NCBI GenBank assembly: GCA_947624135.1
Contig: CANQIV010000001.1
Location: forward strand, 5,331-69,330
From: an uncultured Bacilli bacterium
GTDB taxonomy: Bacteria; Bacillota_I; Bacilli_A; RF39; UBA660
Reading direction: 5' to 3'
Length of the DNA stretch: 64,000 bases
Positions 53,677 through 64,000 of this stretch are shown here, one piece after another. Both the position numbers and the translations under genes were made by a program. The stretch's first letter is position 1, and each line of letters begins with the position of its first letter. The notes under the pieces are model-generated. The model searched no databases. It was not told the origin of the DNA and saw nothing but the letters and a program-made list of their open reading frames with translations.

Positions 53677-55161
53677 ATGCAAGGAATATTTTATTTTAAA
53701 ACTGCTAACGATGAAATTTATTGTATTAACTGCTACGGTAGAAAATATGAAAAAATAAATGAATTCATAGTTGATAATTTTAGTGTAGAAGAAGATATAA
53801 TACGTGTTTCATTATCACGAGATAATAAAAGAATACTTATTAAATTAGAAAGTAAAGCAGTACTTATATTTGATGATATAAATATGTTATTAAATAAAAA
53901 GTTTAGATCTTTACTTAAATATAATAAAGTTAAAGTAGCGTACTTTAAACATAAAATAAAAAATAAAACAAAGAATGCTAAAGCTGTTTTATGTAAAGAG
54001 TTAGATCCAAAAAAAATTTCAGTATTGTCAACAGCAACCGCTATATTACTTGCTAATGCTATAACTGTAAAAGCTGGGACATCTAGAACAGAAACTTTCA
54101 ATAATAAAGTTGTAATAGAAGAAAATATAGATAATAAAACAGATATCACATCAAATTTGAATAGTTATAAAAAAATAGAATCTCCAAAAGTAGAAAAACC
54201 ATCTGAAATTAAAGTAATAAAAGAAGAAGAAAAAGTACCACTAAATGATAACAATTTGACAACTAGTGAACCTGAAGCACACGTATATAATATAAAAAAT
54301 GATGATTCAACAGTTTCATATGATAATATAACACAAGCAGAACAAATACAAAGCGCTTTTGATTATTATGAAGGAGATGAATATAATTATTATTCAAATT
54401 TAATGAATGATTACTATGTAACAGAAGAATTAAATAGAAAAATTAACTCTTATATTAATAATAATTTAAGTGATGTAATGTGGGGAAATGCATATAATCA
54501 AGGATATAATGATTATACAATTCCAGAAAAATATAAAAATGGTACATTTACACTAAATGAATTATTTGATGATGTATCTAATACCTTTGGTGTACCTAAA
54601 GATATTCTTGTATCTATATCTGAACATGAATGTTCACAAAGTTATTACTTAAAAAATTCTTATACAGGAATTTATGAGAAAAACTGCGGTGGGATGATGG
54701 GACATATTAACTTATATGAAATGTCTTCAGATCATTTACCAAACGGTGGATATGATGGTTGTGATGTTGCAACAAATCCAGCACTTTCTATTTATTCTTA
54801 TGCATCAGCAGTTAAGTTTTTTCATGATAATTTTAAAGACATAGATTTAGGATATGGATTTGATTCATGGGATTTATCTTCTTATATGGTCGCTATGGGT
54901 CAAGGATATGTATCAGATTATGCTGTTGGATTTAAATATCGCTATGATTTTGATGAAAGTGGAGTTTCTCAATTAAATATATGCGCACCACAATTTAAAG
55001 TACTTAGAAATGCATACTTAAATAATACACTTGGCGTAAATGATTTAACATTTACTGCAGAAAATGGGTATATAACTCATTGGTCTGATGGAGATAAATT
55101 TTATTATAAAAATGGAGAATATACATTCAGTAAGATGGATAACTCATCAAAAAGATATTAA
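53677..55161 (+). CDS. hypothetical protein with N-terminal Cys motif, one TM helix and large C-terminal extracellular domain
   Basis: start at ATG after AAGGGGG RBS; YCINCYGRKY; no catalytic motif recognised. Confidence 0.45.
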   Translation: MQGIFYFKTANDEIYCINCYGRKYEKINEFIVDNFSVEEDIIRVSLSRDNKRILIKLESKAVLIFDDINMLLNKKFRSLLKYNKVKVAYFKHKIKNKTKNAKAVLCKELDPKKISVLSTATAILLANAITVKAGTSRTETFNNKVVIEENIDNKTDITSNLNSYKKIESPKVEKPSEIKVIKEEEKVPLNDNNLTTSEPEAHVYNIKNDDSTVSYDNITQAEQIQSAFDYYEGDEYNYYSNLMNDYYVTEELNRKINSYINNNLSDVMWGNAYNQGYNDYTIPEKYKNGTFTLNELFDDVSNTFGVPKDILVSISEHECSQSYYLKNSYTGIYEKNCGGMMGHINLYEMSSDHLPNGGYDGCDVATNPALSIYSYASAVKFFHDNFKDIDLGYGFDSWDLSSYMVAMGQGYVSDYAVGFKYRYDFDESGVSQLNICAPQFKVLRNAYLNNTLGVNDLTFTAENGYITHWSDGDKFYYKNGEYTFSKMDNSSKRY

Positions 55162-55221
55162 AATAATCTTAATATCTTTTCTTTTTTTTTAAAATATTAT
55201 ATAATTGTACTGGAGGTATGT

Positions 55222-55848
55222 ATGATTAAGGAAAATAAAATAACTTTAAAAAATTTAGTATGTGCATTATTATTTTTAGTACTTGGAATAATATTACTTA
55301 CAAGTAGGGAAGATATTGTAGGTATGGTATCAAAGGTTATTGGTATAATTCTTATAATATTTGGAATTGTAAAATCTATAGTATACATTTATATGAAAGG
55401 TAAGCTTGGAGAATATAGTATGTCCGAATTATTAATAGGCATTGTAATAATGGGATTAGGAATACTATTTGTAACACTTTCAGGAACACTTAGTTTTGCA
55501 ATTAGAGTAGTAATAGGTGTTTGGGCATTATTAGCTGGTATTAATAGAATAATATTTGCAATATCTATAAAGCAAATTGATAATGTTGGTTTTAAAATGT
55601 ATCTTGTATCTGCTCTTATTATGATTATAGTAGGTGTATTACTTATTTCAGGAATATTTGATAAAATAATAGGATTATTAATAATAATATATTCCATATC
55701 TGAAATAGTAGATTATATTTATTATATGAGCAAAGATAAAAGATTTGAAAAAGAAACAAGTATTGTTAAATCAAAAAACTCAAAGAAAAATATTAAAAAT
55801 AAAAAAGGTAAAGTAATAGATGCTTCATTTGAAGAAGAAAAAAATTAA
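55222..55848 (+). CDS. HdeD/DUF308-like membrane protein
   Basis: six TM helices with paired-repeat GIILL/GIIL pattern; lysine-rich C-terminus. Confidence 0.45.
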   Translation: MIKENKITLKNLVCALLFLVLGIILLTSREDIVGMVSKVIGIILIIFGIVKSIVYIYMKGKLGEYSMSELLIGIVIMGLGILFVTLSGTLSFAIRVVIGVWALLAGINRIIFAISIKQIDNVGFKMYLVSALIMIIVGVLLISGIFDKIIGLLIIIYSISEIVDYIYYMSKDKRFEKETSIVKSKNSKKNIKNKKGKVIDASFEEEKN

Positions 55849-55878
55849 AGCTATTTTCTAAGAAAATAGCTTTTTATT
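55849..55878. terminator. bidirectional terminator between convergent genes
   Basis: AGCTATTTTCT / AGAAAATAGCT perfect 11-bp stem followed by TTTTTATT. Confidence 0.65.
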
Positions 55879-57832
55879 CTAATTTTACAGTAGGTATTAA
55901 ACTTTCTAAAGATGTATCCTTATAAGTAGGTTCAGTTCCTTTAATATAATAAAACATAGTAGCATTCTTAGTATCACTTGTTGCAACCTCACCACTTATT
56001 GGATTAACTAAAACACCAACGACATTATTAGGTAGTTTATACCAACTTTTTTCTTTATCTTTCATATAATTTTCAACAACACTAGCCCATATATCCCTAA
56101 TATATTTACCACTGTCATTATCAGTAGATTTATTATCGTCATATCCACTCCATATACCAACAACAATGTCAGGATTATATCCAAATATCAAATGATCATT
56201 ATCGGTAGTACCAGTTTTAATTGAATATTTACTAGTCAGTTTACTAGATAAATCAAAGCAAGTAGGATAATTAAAATCTATAAAATTATAATTATATGTA
56301 CTAGTTAATGTTTCGTTCATAATATAAACAAGACTTGAATTAAGTACAAGTTCTTTATCATCTTTATGTTCATATAGAATATTTCCATTAGAATCTTCTA
56401 TTTTTTTTATAAGATATGGTTTTGATTTATATCCGCCGCTAGCAAGCGTTCCATATGCTTCCATCATTTCCATCAAAGATATTTCTTCGCTTCCAAGAGC
56501 TAGAGATGGTATTGCTTCAAGTTTAGATGTTATACCAACTCTTTTTAACATTTCAACTAAAGTTTCCTCTCCTAAAAACAGATGTGTCTTAACAGCGTAT
56601 ATATTATCAGAATATGATATAGCAGCAGCCATTGTTATATCTTTATTACCATATTTATCATTGTAATTTGCTGGACTATATGTTTTATCATTTGCGAAAA
56701 CAAATGTAGTTTCTTGACTAGCAAAAGTTGTAGATTCAGTAAATCCATTTTCCAAAGCAGCATAATATAAAAAAGGTTTTAAAGTAGAGCCAACTTGTCT
56801 TTTTGCTTTTGTTGCTCTATTAAATTGACTTTTACTATAATCAGTACCGCCTACGAGCGCTAAAATTTCACTTGTTTTAGGATTTAAAACTATACTAGCA
56901 ATTTGTAAATCATTGTCTGGATAAATTTCATTAATAGAGTTTTCTAGTATAGTTTGAGTATCGATATCTAGAGTTGTATATATTTTAAGACCACCCGTTT
57001 CAAGAAAAGAACTAGGTAAAGTTGTAGTGCTTAATTCATCCATAACCGCATCTTCAAAGTATCTTAATGTTTTTAATTTGTTATTTTCTAAATATCCATG
57101 GAAAACAAGTTCAGTATTATATGCTTCTTCCATTTCTTCTTTTGTAATAAACTTACTATCAACCATAGAAGATAATACAATATATTGTCTTTCTTTAGCT
57201 TTTTTTAAATTGAGTATCGGAGAATAATTAGAAGGCGATTTTGGAATACCAGCAATTATCGATGCTTCTGCTAGGGAAAGTTCACTAGAACTTTTATTAA
57301 AATAATAGTAGCTAGCATTCTCAATTCCATATATCCCACCATAATTGATAGTATTTAAATAACCTTCAAGTATTTCATCTTTACTATATTGACTTTCTAA
57401 TTTAATAGTTAACCAAGCTTCCTTAACTTTTCTTTCCCAAGTCTTATCAAAAGTTAGAAATAAGTTTTTAGCGTACTGTTGTGATATAGTAGACGCACCC
57501 TGTAAAGTTTTTTTATTTACTAAATTTATGTAAAGTGATTTAAAAATTCTTAAAAAATCAAATCCATCATGTTTATAAAACTTTCTATCTTCTACAGCTA
57601 TAGTAGCTTCCTTTAAATATTTAGAAATTTTATCTAATTTAATCCATCTATCACTAATACCATTTATAGGTTTATTATTAGAATCATATAAATAATAACC
57701 ACTCGCACTATTAATATTTAATTTACTAGTTATAGATGCAAAAAAATAAATTCCGTGATATAAAATTATAAAAAAAATTATAACAATACCTAGAATTTTA
57801 ACAACTTTTTTAGTCTTTTTCATATATTTCAC
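55874..57832 (-). CDS. class A penicillin-binding protein (transglycosylase + transpeptidase)
   Basis: GT51 motifs EDRKFYKHDGFD, GASTISQQYAKN; transpeptidase STLKP; N-terminal TM anchor. Confidence 0.85.
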   Translation of the reverse strand: MKYMKKTKKVVKILGIVIIFFIILYHGIYFFASITSKLNINSASGYYLYDSNNKPINGISDRWIKLDKISKYLKEATIAVEDRKFYKHDGFDFLRIFKSLYINLVNKKTLQGASTISQQYAKNLFLTFDKTWERKVKEAWLTIKLESQYSKDEILEGYLNTINYGGIYGIENASYYYFNKSSSELSLAEASIIAGIPKSPSNYSPILNLKKAKERQYIVLSSMVDSKFITKEEMEEAYNTELVFHGYLENNKLKTLRYFEDAVMDELSTTTLPSSFLETGGLKIYTTLDIDTQTILENSINEIYPDNDLQIASIVLNPKTSEILALVGGTDYSKSQFNRATKAKRQVGSTLKPFLYYAALENGFTESTTFASQETTFVFANDKTYSPANYNDKYGNKDITMAAAISYSDNIYAVKTHLFLGEETLVEMLKRVGITSKLEAIPSLALGSEEISLMEMMEAYGTLASGGYKSKPYLIKKIEDSNGNILYEHKDDKELVLNSSLVYIMNETLTSTYNYNFIDFNYPTCFDLSSKLTSKYSIKTGTTDNDHLIFGYNPDIVVGIWSGYDDNKSTDNDSGKYIRDIWASVVENYMKDKEKSWYKLPNNVVGVLVNPISGEVATSDTKNATMFYYIKGTEPTYKDTSLESLIPTVKLE

Positions 57833-57920
57833 CTAACTCTAACATTAGTATTAGAAAAAAATATAAAAATATGAGTGCAAAATAAAAAAAAGTATGCTAT
57901 AATGTTTGGGAGTTGATATT

Positions 57921-58271
57921 ATGAAAATTAGTTTAAATGTTAAATTAATATCAGATGAAGATAACTTAAACATTAAAACAACTGGTATTAAGACAAAAAA
58001 TACAATTATTTATAAAGAAAATGATATAAATGTAATCATTAAATTATTAAATAATAAAATAGAAATGAATAGATCATGTAAAGATTATAATATAAATTTA
58101 ATTTTTGAGAAAAATAAAAAAACTATATCAACTTATAAATTATTTGGTACAAGTAAAGAATTTTTACTTGAAACAAAAACGAATAAATTATTAATACAAG
58201 AAAATAAATTAAGTGTAGATTATGAACTTGAGGGAAATAAATTTATGTTTTGTATAGAGTTTGGAGGATAA
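57921..58271 (+). CDS. hypothetical protein (116 aa)
   Basis: RBS GGGAG; no motif. Confidence 0.4.
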   Translation: MKISLNVKLISDEDNLNIKTTGIKTKNTIIYKENDINVIIKLLNNKIEMNRSCKDYNINLIFEKNKKTISTYKLFGTSKEFLLETKTNKLLIQENKLSVDYELEGNKFMFCIEFGG

Positions 58272-58272
58272 T

Positions 58273-59970
58273 ATGGTTATTGATGTTTTAAGTAATATAC
58301 TAACAGATGCCTCAAAAAAGTTAGGATATGAAGAAAATTTAGTAGTTATAAAATCAAATAGACCTAATTTATGTGATTATCAATGTGATGGAGTATTTAA
58401 TCTTTCAAAAAAATATCATAAAAATCCTATAACAATTGGAGAGGAAATAGTAGAGCAGGTTAAAAAAATAGAAAATTTTAATGAATATTTTAAAAGCATA
58501 GAACTTTGTAAACCAGGTTTTATTAATATAATTATTAGTGATACATTAATAAATAAATGTCTAATAAGTATGGATACAAATTATAAATTTAATTTAAAAA
58601 TGCCTAATCAAAAACTTACTTATGTAATAGACTATGGTGGACCTAATGTAGCAAAGCCGCTGCACGTAGGTCATATGAGACCTGCTATAGTAGGTGAGTC
58701 AATTAAAAGAATAATAAATTATGTAGGTCATAATACTATATCAGATGTACATTTAGGAGATATTGGACTTCCAATAGGTGAAATAATATATGCTTGTATA
58801 AAAGATAACATTAAACCAAATGAAATAACTTTAGATTATTTAAATAAAGTATATCCTATGATGAGTAACATTATTAAAGAAGATGAAGAAATAAAAGAAA
58901 AATGTTCAACTATCATTAAAAGTGTACAAGAACGTAAAGATTATTTAGATTATTGGAAAAAAATTTGTGAAATTTCCGTTCAAGATATAAAAAGACTTTA
59001 TAAATATTTAGATGTTTCATTTGATTATTGGTATGGTGAAAGTGATGCATATGATTATATTCCTAAAGTAAAACAAATACTTGAAGAAAAAAACTTATTA
59101 GTAGATAGTAACGGAGCTAAAGTGGTATTTATAAATGAAGATTTAGATAAAATAAAGCATCCACCACTAATATTTGAAAAAAGTAATGGAGCTTATCTTT
59201 ATGAAAGTTCAGATATTGGAACAATATATCAAAGAACGAAAGATTTTAATCCTGATTACATATTATATGTAACAGATGCAAGACAAAGTCTGCACTTTAC
59301 TCAAGTATTTAGAGTATGTGAAAAAAGTGGTATAAGTAAAAACGCAAAATTAATACATTTACCTCATGGAACTATAAATGGACTCGATGGTAAACCATAT
59401 AAAACTAGAAGCGGTGAAACACCAAAACTCGATAATTTATTTAAAGAGGTAAAAGAAATATTTATATCTAAAAAAGAATCTAATAAAAATATGAAAGAAA
59501 ATGATATAAATATAATAGTAAATTCAATATTAAAATTTGCTGATTTACAAAATAGTCGAGATAAAGATTATATATTTGATATAAATAAATTTAGCGATAC
59601 ACAAGGTAAAACAGGACCATATATTTTATATACATATTTAAGAATGAATAAAATTATAGAAAAATTTTCACCAAATATAAATAATTTATCTAATAACATA
59701 TATAATAATTATGATAGAGAATTAAGAATTGGTATATTAGATTTTCACGAATATATAATGAGTGCGTTTAAAACATTTAAACCATCCATTGTAGCAGATT
59801 ATATTTATAATATTTGTGTACTTATGAATTCTTTTTATCAAAATAATCATATATCTAATTTAGAAAATAAAGAAAAATTAAACGATTGGGTAAGTGTAAT
59901 AAACCTTGCAAATAAAATAATTAAAGAAATGTTAAAATTACTTATAATAGATATACCTACTGAAATGTAG
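58273..59970 (+). CDS. argS: arginine--tRNA ligase
   Basis: class I HIGH motif PNVAKPLHVGHMR, C-terminal DALR-type anticodon-binding region; ATG after GGAGG. Confidence 0.88.
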   Translation: MVIDVLSNILTDASKKLGYEENLVVIKSNRPNLCDYQCDGVFNLSKKYHKNPITIGEEIVEQVKKIENFNEYFKSIELCKPGFINIIISDTLINKCLISMDTNYKFNLKMPNQKLTYVIDYGGPNVAKPLHVGHMRPAIVGESIKRIINYVGHNTISDVHLGDIGLPIGEIIYACIKDNIKPNEITLDYLNKVYPMMSNIIKEDEEIKEKCSTIIKSVQERKDYLDYWKKICEISVQDIKRLYKYLDVSFDYWYGESDAYDYIPKVKQILEEKNLLVDSNGAKVVFINEDLDKIKHPPLIFEKSNGAYLYESSDIGTIYQRTKDFNPDYILYVTDARQSLHFTQVFRVCEKSGISKNAKLIHLPHGTINGLDGKPYKTRSGETPKLDNLFKEVKEIFISKKESNKNMKENDINIIVNSILKFADLQNSRDKDYIFDINKFSDTQGKTGPYILYTYLRMNKIIEKFSPNINNLSNNIYNNYDRELRIGILDFHEYIMSAFKTFKPSIVADYIYNICVLMNSFYQNNHISNLENKEKLNDWVSVINLANKIIKEMLKLLIIDIPTEM

Positions 59971-59987
59971 TTGAAAGGAGTTTATTT

Positions 59988-60425
59988 ATGAAATTAAAAG
60001 ATATGAAAAAAGAAGAATTGGAGGTTTTATCATATACAGATTTAACCGAAATGATATTAAAAGAAAATAAAAAATCTATGAATACAGCTAAAATATTTAA
60101 AAAAATTTGTGAATTACTTGAGTTAAGTGATGATGAATATACTACTAAAATAGGAGATTATTATACATCACTTACTACTGATAAAAGATTTGTATTATTA
60201 GAAAATGCTGAATGGGATTTAAGAGATAAACATAAAGTAGATATAATACTTGATGAAGAAGATGAAGAAGACGTATTTAGCGATGAAGATTCTTTAGATG
60301 AAGAAGAAACAGAAGATATGAGTGAAAGCGTTGAAATAACTGATGATGAAATAGATTTAGATGACGACGATGATATGAGTGATTTAAATATAATTAGCGA
60401 TGATGAACTTGAAGAAGAAATGTAA
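59988..60425 (+). CDS. rpoE: DNA-directed RNA polymerase subunit delta
   Basis: N-terminal HARE-HTH-like domain and long acidic D/E C-terminal tail typical of Firmicutes delta subunit. Confidence 0.7.
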   Translation: MKLKDMKKEELEVLSYTDLTEMILKENKKSMNTAKIFKKICELLELSDDEYTTKIGDYYTSLTTDKRFVLLENAEWDLRDKHKVDIILDEEDEEDVFSDEDSLDEEETEDMSESVEITDDEIDLDDDDDMSDLNIISDDELEEEM

Positions 60426-60537
60426 TCTTCTTTTTGTTTATATGAAAAATATATAAAAATAAAATTTATGCTTTATAAAACATTGAAAGTTTAATATAAT
60501 TATAGTATAATTTATATGTTTTGAAAGGGAGAATCTT

Positions 60538-61593
60538 ATGATAGAAAGATTAGAAAATATAGAAAAAAGATATAATGAAATAATGGAAGAATTAACAAAC
60601 CCAAATATAATAGGAGATATAAAAAAGACAACCGCACTTAGTAAAGAACAAGCATCACTTCGTGAAAATTATGAAGCATATCAAGAATATAAAAAAATAT
60701 TAAATAATATAAGTGCAGCAAAAGAACTTATGAAAGATGATGAAATGGGTGAACTTGCTAAATTAGAGTATGAAGAAAACGAAGAAAAAAGAAAAAAAAT
60801 GGAAAATGACTTTGAAATAATGCTTTTACCAAAAGATCCTAATGATGGAAAAGACGTTATAGTTGAAATAAGAGGAGCAGCAGGTGGAGATGAAGCAAAT
60901 ATATTTGCTGGAGATTTATATAGAATGTATACATATTATGCTGAAAAACAAGGATGGAAAGTAGAAGAACTTTCTGCTTTAGAAGGTGAAGCAGGTGGTT
61001 ATTCACAAGTAGAATTTAAAATAAAAGGAGATAATGTATATTCTAAATTAAAATATGAAAGTGGTTCACATAGAGTTCAAAGAGTTCCAGCAACAGAATC
61101 TCAAGGAAGAATACAAACCTCAACTGCAACAGTACTTGTTATGCCAGAAGCAGATGATATCGATATAGAAATAAAAGATAGTGATATAAGAATAGATACA
61201 TATTGCGCATCAGGACATGGAGGTCAAGGCGTTAATACAACACCATCAGCTGTTAGAATAACACATTTTCCAACTAATACAGTAGTTACTTGTCAAAATC
61301 AAAGAAGTCAAATACAAAACAAAGCAGAAGCAATGGAGGTATTAAAATCAAGACTTTATCAATTAGAACTTGAACGTCAAGAACAAGAACTTGGAAGCGA
61401 AAGAAGAAACAAAATAGGTACAGGAGATAGATCAGAAAAAATACGTACTTATAATTACCCTCAAAACCGTGTTACAGATCACAGAATAGGTTTTTCAACA
61501 ATGCAACTTGAAAAAGTTATGGATGGAGATCTTGATGATATAATAAACGCTCTTATAACAGAAGATCAAGCAAGAAAACTTAGAGGAGAATAA
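60538..61593 (+). CDS. prfA: peptide chain release factor 1
   Basis: PAT tripeptide (RVQRVPATESQGR) and GGQ motif (SGHGGQGVNTT). Confidence 0.88.
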   Translation: MIERLENIEKRYNEIMEELTNPNIIGDIKKTTALSKEQASLRENYEAYQEYKKILNNISAAKELMKDDEMGELAKLEYEENEEKRKKMENDFEIMLLPKDPNDGKDVIVEIRGAAGGDEANIFAGDLYRMYTYYAEKQGWKVEELSALEGEAGGYSQVEFKIKGDNVYSKLKYESGSHRVQRVPATESQGRIQTSTATVLVMPEADDIDIEIKDSDIRIDTYCASGHGGQGVNTTPSAVRITHFPTNTVVTCQNQRSQIQNKAEAMEVLKSRLYQLELERQEQELGSERRNKIGTGDRSEKIRTYNYPQNRVTDHRIGFSTMQLEKVMDGDLDDIINALITEDQARKLRGE

Positions 61594-61601
61594 TTAAATT
61601 A

Positions 61602-61630
61602 AAGACACTTGAAAAAAGAGTCTTTTTTTT
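61602..61630 (+). terminator. rho-independent terminator after prfA
   Basis: AAGACACTT-GAAAA-AAGAGTCTT imperfect hairpin followed by T8. Confidence 0.5.
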
Positions 61631-61653
61631 ATATAATATTTTTGGTGATTTAA

Positions 61654-62379
61654 ATGTTATATACATCTGTTAAAAATGAAAAAATAAAAAACATAAAAAA
61701 ATTAAATAATAAAAAATATAGAGATAAATTAAATTCTTTTTTAATAGAAGGAGAACATTTAGTAAAAGAAGCACATAAAAATAATTGCTTAAAAGAATTA
61801 ATTGTAGATGAAAATACTGATTTTAATTTAAATATGGAAACAATTCATGTAACAGAAAACGTTTTAAAATATTTAACAGATTTAGATAATCCTCCAAAAG
61901 TAATGGGTATATGTAATAAATTAAAAGAAAATCCAATTGGTGATAGAGTAATAATATTAGATGATATACAAGATCCAGGTAATTTAGGTACAATAATTAG
62001 AAGCGCAGTTGCTTTTAATATAGATACAATTATACTTAGTAAAAATACAGTAGATTTATATAATAATAAAGTAGTAAGAGCAACTCAAGGTATGATTTTT
62101 AATGTAAATATAATAATAAAAGATTTAAAAGAAATAATACCGACATTAAAAAATAATAATTATAAAATATATGGTACAAAGGTAACAAATGGAAAAAATA
62201 TAAAAGAACTTGAAAAAACTTCAAAATTTGCTATAATATTAGGAAACGAAGGAAACGGTGTTGATAGTGACATACTAAAAATGTGTGATGATTACATTTA
62301 TATATCTATGAATAAAGTTTGTGAAAGTTTAAATGTAGGAGTTGCAGCTAGTATAATAATGTATGAATTTAATAAGTAG
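61654..62379 (+). CDS. TrmH/SpoU-family RNA 2'-O-methyltransferase
   Basis: SpoU motifs ILDDIQDPGNLGTIIRSA and ILGNEGNGV. Confidence 0.75.
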   Translation: MLYTSVKNEKIKNIKKLNNKKYRDKLNSFLIEGEHLVKEAHKNNCLKELIVDENTDFNLNMETIHVTENVLKYLTDLDNPPKVMGICNKLKENPIGDRVIILDDIQDPGNLGTIIRSAVAFNIDTIILSKNTVDLYNNKVVRATQGMIFNVNIIIKDLKEIIPTLKNNNYKIYGTKVTNGKNIKELEKTSKFAIILGNEGNGVDSDILKMCDDYIYISMNKVCESLNVGVAASIIMYEFNK

Positions 62380-62385
62380 GTGACT

Positions 62386-62871
62386 ATGAATTTAATATAT
62401 ATAGGTAAATTAGTTAACACTCATGGACTTAAAGGTGAGGTTAAAATTATAAGTGATTTTGAATATAAAAATGATGTATTTAGTATTGGTAATGAAATAA
62501 TAATAAATAATACTGCACATAAAATAAATTCATATAGACATCATAAAATATTTGATATGGTAACTTTAAGTAATATTAATTCTATAGATGATGCAGAAAA
62601 ACTAAAAGGTTTAAATGTCTATATAGATAAAGATAAATATAAATTTAACGGATATTTAAATAGTGATTTAATAGGAATGGATGTTTATGATAATAATAAA
62701 TATAAAGGAAAAGTAGTAGATATATACAAAACAGATAACAATGATATATTAGTAATAGACGGAATAAAAAGACACATGGTACCAAATATTAAAGAATTTG
62801 TTAAAAAAGTAAATTTAGAAAAAAAACAAATAGAAATAAAGTATATAGAGGGATTAGATAATGAAAATTGA
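62386..62871 (+). CDS. rimM: 16S rRNA processing protein RimM
   Basis: N-terminal IGKLVNTHGLKGEVKI; conserved position upstream of trmD; ATG after AGGTGA. Confidence 0.8.
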   Translation: MNLIYIGKLVNTHGLKGEVKIISDFEYKNDVFSIGNEIIINNTAHKINSYRHHKIFDMVTLSNINSIDDAEKLKGLNVYIDKDKYKFNGYLNSDLIGMDVYDNNKYKGKVVDIYKTDNNDILVIDGIKRHMVPNIKEFVKKVNLEKKQIEIKYIEGLDNEN

Positions 62872-63529
62872 TATTTTAACACTCTTTCCAAATATGTTTG
62901 ATGGATTTATAAGCGAATCTATAATAAAAAGAGCAATTGATAAAAAATTAGTAGAAATAAATATATATAATATAAGAGATTACTCTAAAGATCCACATAA
63001 AAAAGTCGATGATTATGGATTTGGTGGAGGAGCTGGAATGGTGTTAATGCCACAGCCAATATTTGATGCAGTAAATTCATTAAAAACTGATATTTCAAAA
63101 GTTATTCTTTTAACTCCTCAAGGAATTAAATATAACCAAGAAGAAGCATATGAACTATCGCACGAAAAACATTTAATAATTATTTGTGGTCACTATGAGG
63201 GATTTGATGAAAGAATTAGAACTATAGCAGATATAGAAATAAGTATTGGTGATTTTGTACTTACAGGTGGTGAGATACCAGCTATGGCTATAAGTGATAG
63301 TATAATTAGATTAATAGATGGCGTAATAGAAAAAGAATCGCATATAAAAGATTCTTTCAACGATAATTTACTTGATTATCCAGTATATACTCATCCAAGT
63401 GATTTTAGAGGAATGAAAGTACCGGATGTATTACTTTCAGGACACCATGAAAATATAGATAAATGGCGAAAAAATGAACAGATAAAAAGAACTAGAGAAA
63501 GAAGACCTGATTTATTAGAAAAGAGATGA
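62861..63529 (+). CDS. trmD: tRNA (guanine37-N1)-methyltransferase
   Basis: N-terminal MKIDILTLFPNMF, SPOUT-knot region GGEIPAMAISDS. Confidence 0.9.
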   Translation: MKIDILTLFPNMFDGFISESIIKRAIDKKLVEINIYNIRDYSKDPHKKVDDYGFGGGAGMVLMPQPIFDAVNSLKTDISKVILLTPQGIKYNQEEAYELSHEKHLIIICGHYEGFDERIRTIADIEISIGDFVLTGGEIPAMAISDSIIRLIDGVIEKESHIKDSFNDNLLDYPVYTHPSDFRGMKVPDVLLSGHHENIDKWRKNEQIKRTRERRPDLLEKR

Positions 63530-63533
63530 CATT

Positions 63534-63989
63534 ATGAGTGAGAGACGTTATTTCATACATAAAGAAGGAAATACAAATGAATTAGTATTTTTAGATTATA
63601 GTAAACTAAAAGGATTTGATTTTAAACCTCAAAACAATATTAAATACGATGGTATTATTGTTAATAAAATGGTTATTATAAAATCATCTATGATAGAAAA
63701 AATATTAAAAAGAAAAATAAAAAGAAAATTAGAACTATATTTAAAATTAATAATTAATTACTTAAATAGTGATGACGATGATTCTTCTGATATACTTAGA
63801 GAAGCACTAAATGATTTAACTAGATATAAAAGTATAATAGATAAAAAATATAAAAAATATTTAGATGAAAAATATTTAAAAATACTTTTAAGAAAAATAA
63901 GTCTTTTAGAATATGAAATAAAATCAAAAATAATTAATATTGAAAATGAAATGGAACTAGAAGAGAAAAGAACACATAAATCTAGATAG
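63534..63989 (+). CDS. hypothetical protein (151 aa)
   Basis: ORF after trmD where rplS is often found; no motif recognised. Confidence 0.35.
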   Translation: MSERRYFIHKEGNTNELVFLDYSKLKGFDFKPQNNIKYDGIIVNKMVIIKSSMIEKILKRKIKRKLELYLKLIINYLNSDDDDSSDILREALNDLTRYKSIIDKKYKKYLDEKYLKILLRKISLLEYEIKSKIINIENEMELEEKRTHKSR

Positions 63990-64000
63990 GGGAATACAAT

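Overview
This is a 64-kb window of AT-rich (roughly 25% GC) low-GC Firmicutes chromosome that uses the standard genetic code. The ORF track calls some non-ATG starts as M, so several starts were re-picked by ribosome-binding site.

Core genes: gap, ruvA, ruvB, a cell-envelope cluster (polysaccharide deacetylase, VanZ-like, PAP2, M23/LysM peptidase, fused ABC ATPase/permease), gpsA, tsaC, addB/addA-like, polA, ftsY, ylxM, a tail-less SSB, htrA, PBP1A, argS, rpoE, prfA, a TrmH-family methyltransferase, rimM and trmD.

Accessory content:
1. A composite island of about 16 kb (17.9-33.4 kb) lies next to a minus-strand tRNA-Gly(UCC).
   - The right-hand 10 kb (23335-33389) is bounded by an imperfect 30-bp direct repeat that includes the tRNA 3' end.
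   - This element has the gene content of an integrative mobilizable element: a large serine recombinase, a MobV/Pre relaxase with an inverted-repeat-rich putative oriT, an OLD-family ATPase-Toprim nuclease, a candidate type IIS restriction endonuclease, and a tandem Dam-like MTase.
   - The left-hand part carries an uncharacterised ATPase three-gene cassette, an XRE repressor-zinc-ribbon-Ltp-like superinfection-exclusion module, and an ORF remnant.
2. A helicase with four homogenised helicase-associated (HA) domain repeats sits in a translationally coupled three-gene operon (13.9-17.0 kb).
3. A HerA/FtsK-family ATPase is translationally coupled to ylxM in the position where ffh normally sits.
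4. Immediately downstream is a 1419-aa type IV pilin-like protein with GLUG-motif repeats that contains a perfect 819-bp tandem duplication.

No CRISPR array or rRNA gene was found. All functional calls rest on motif recognition by eye; no database searches were run.
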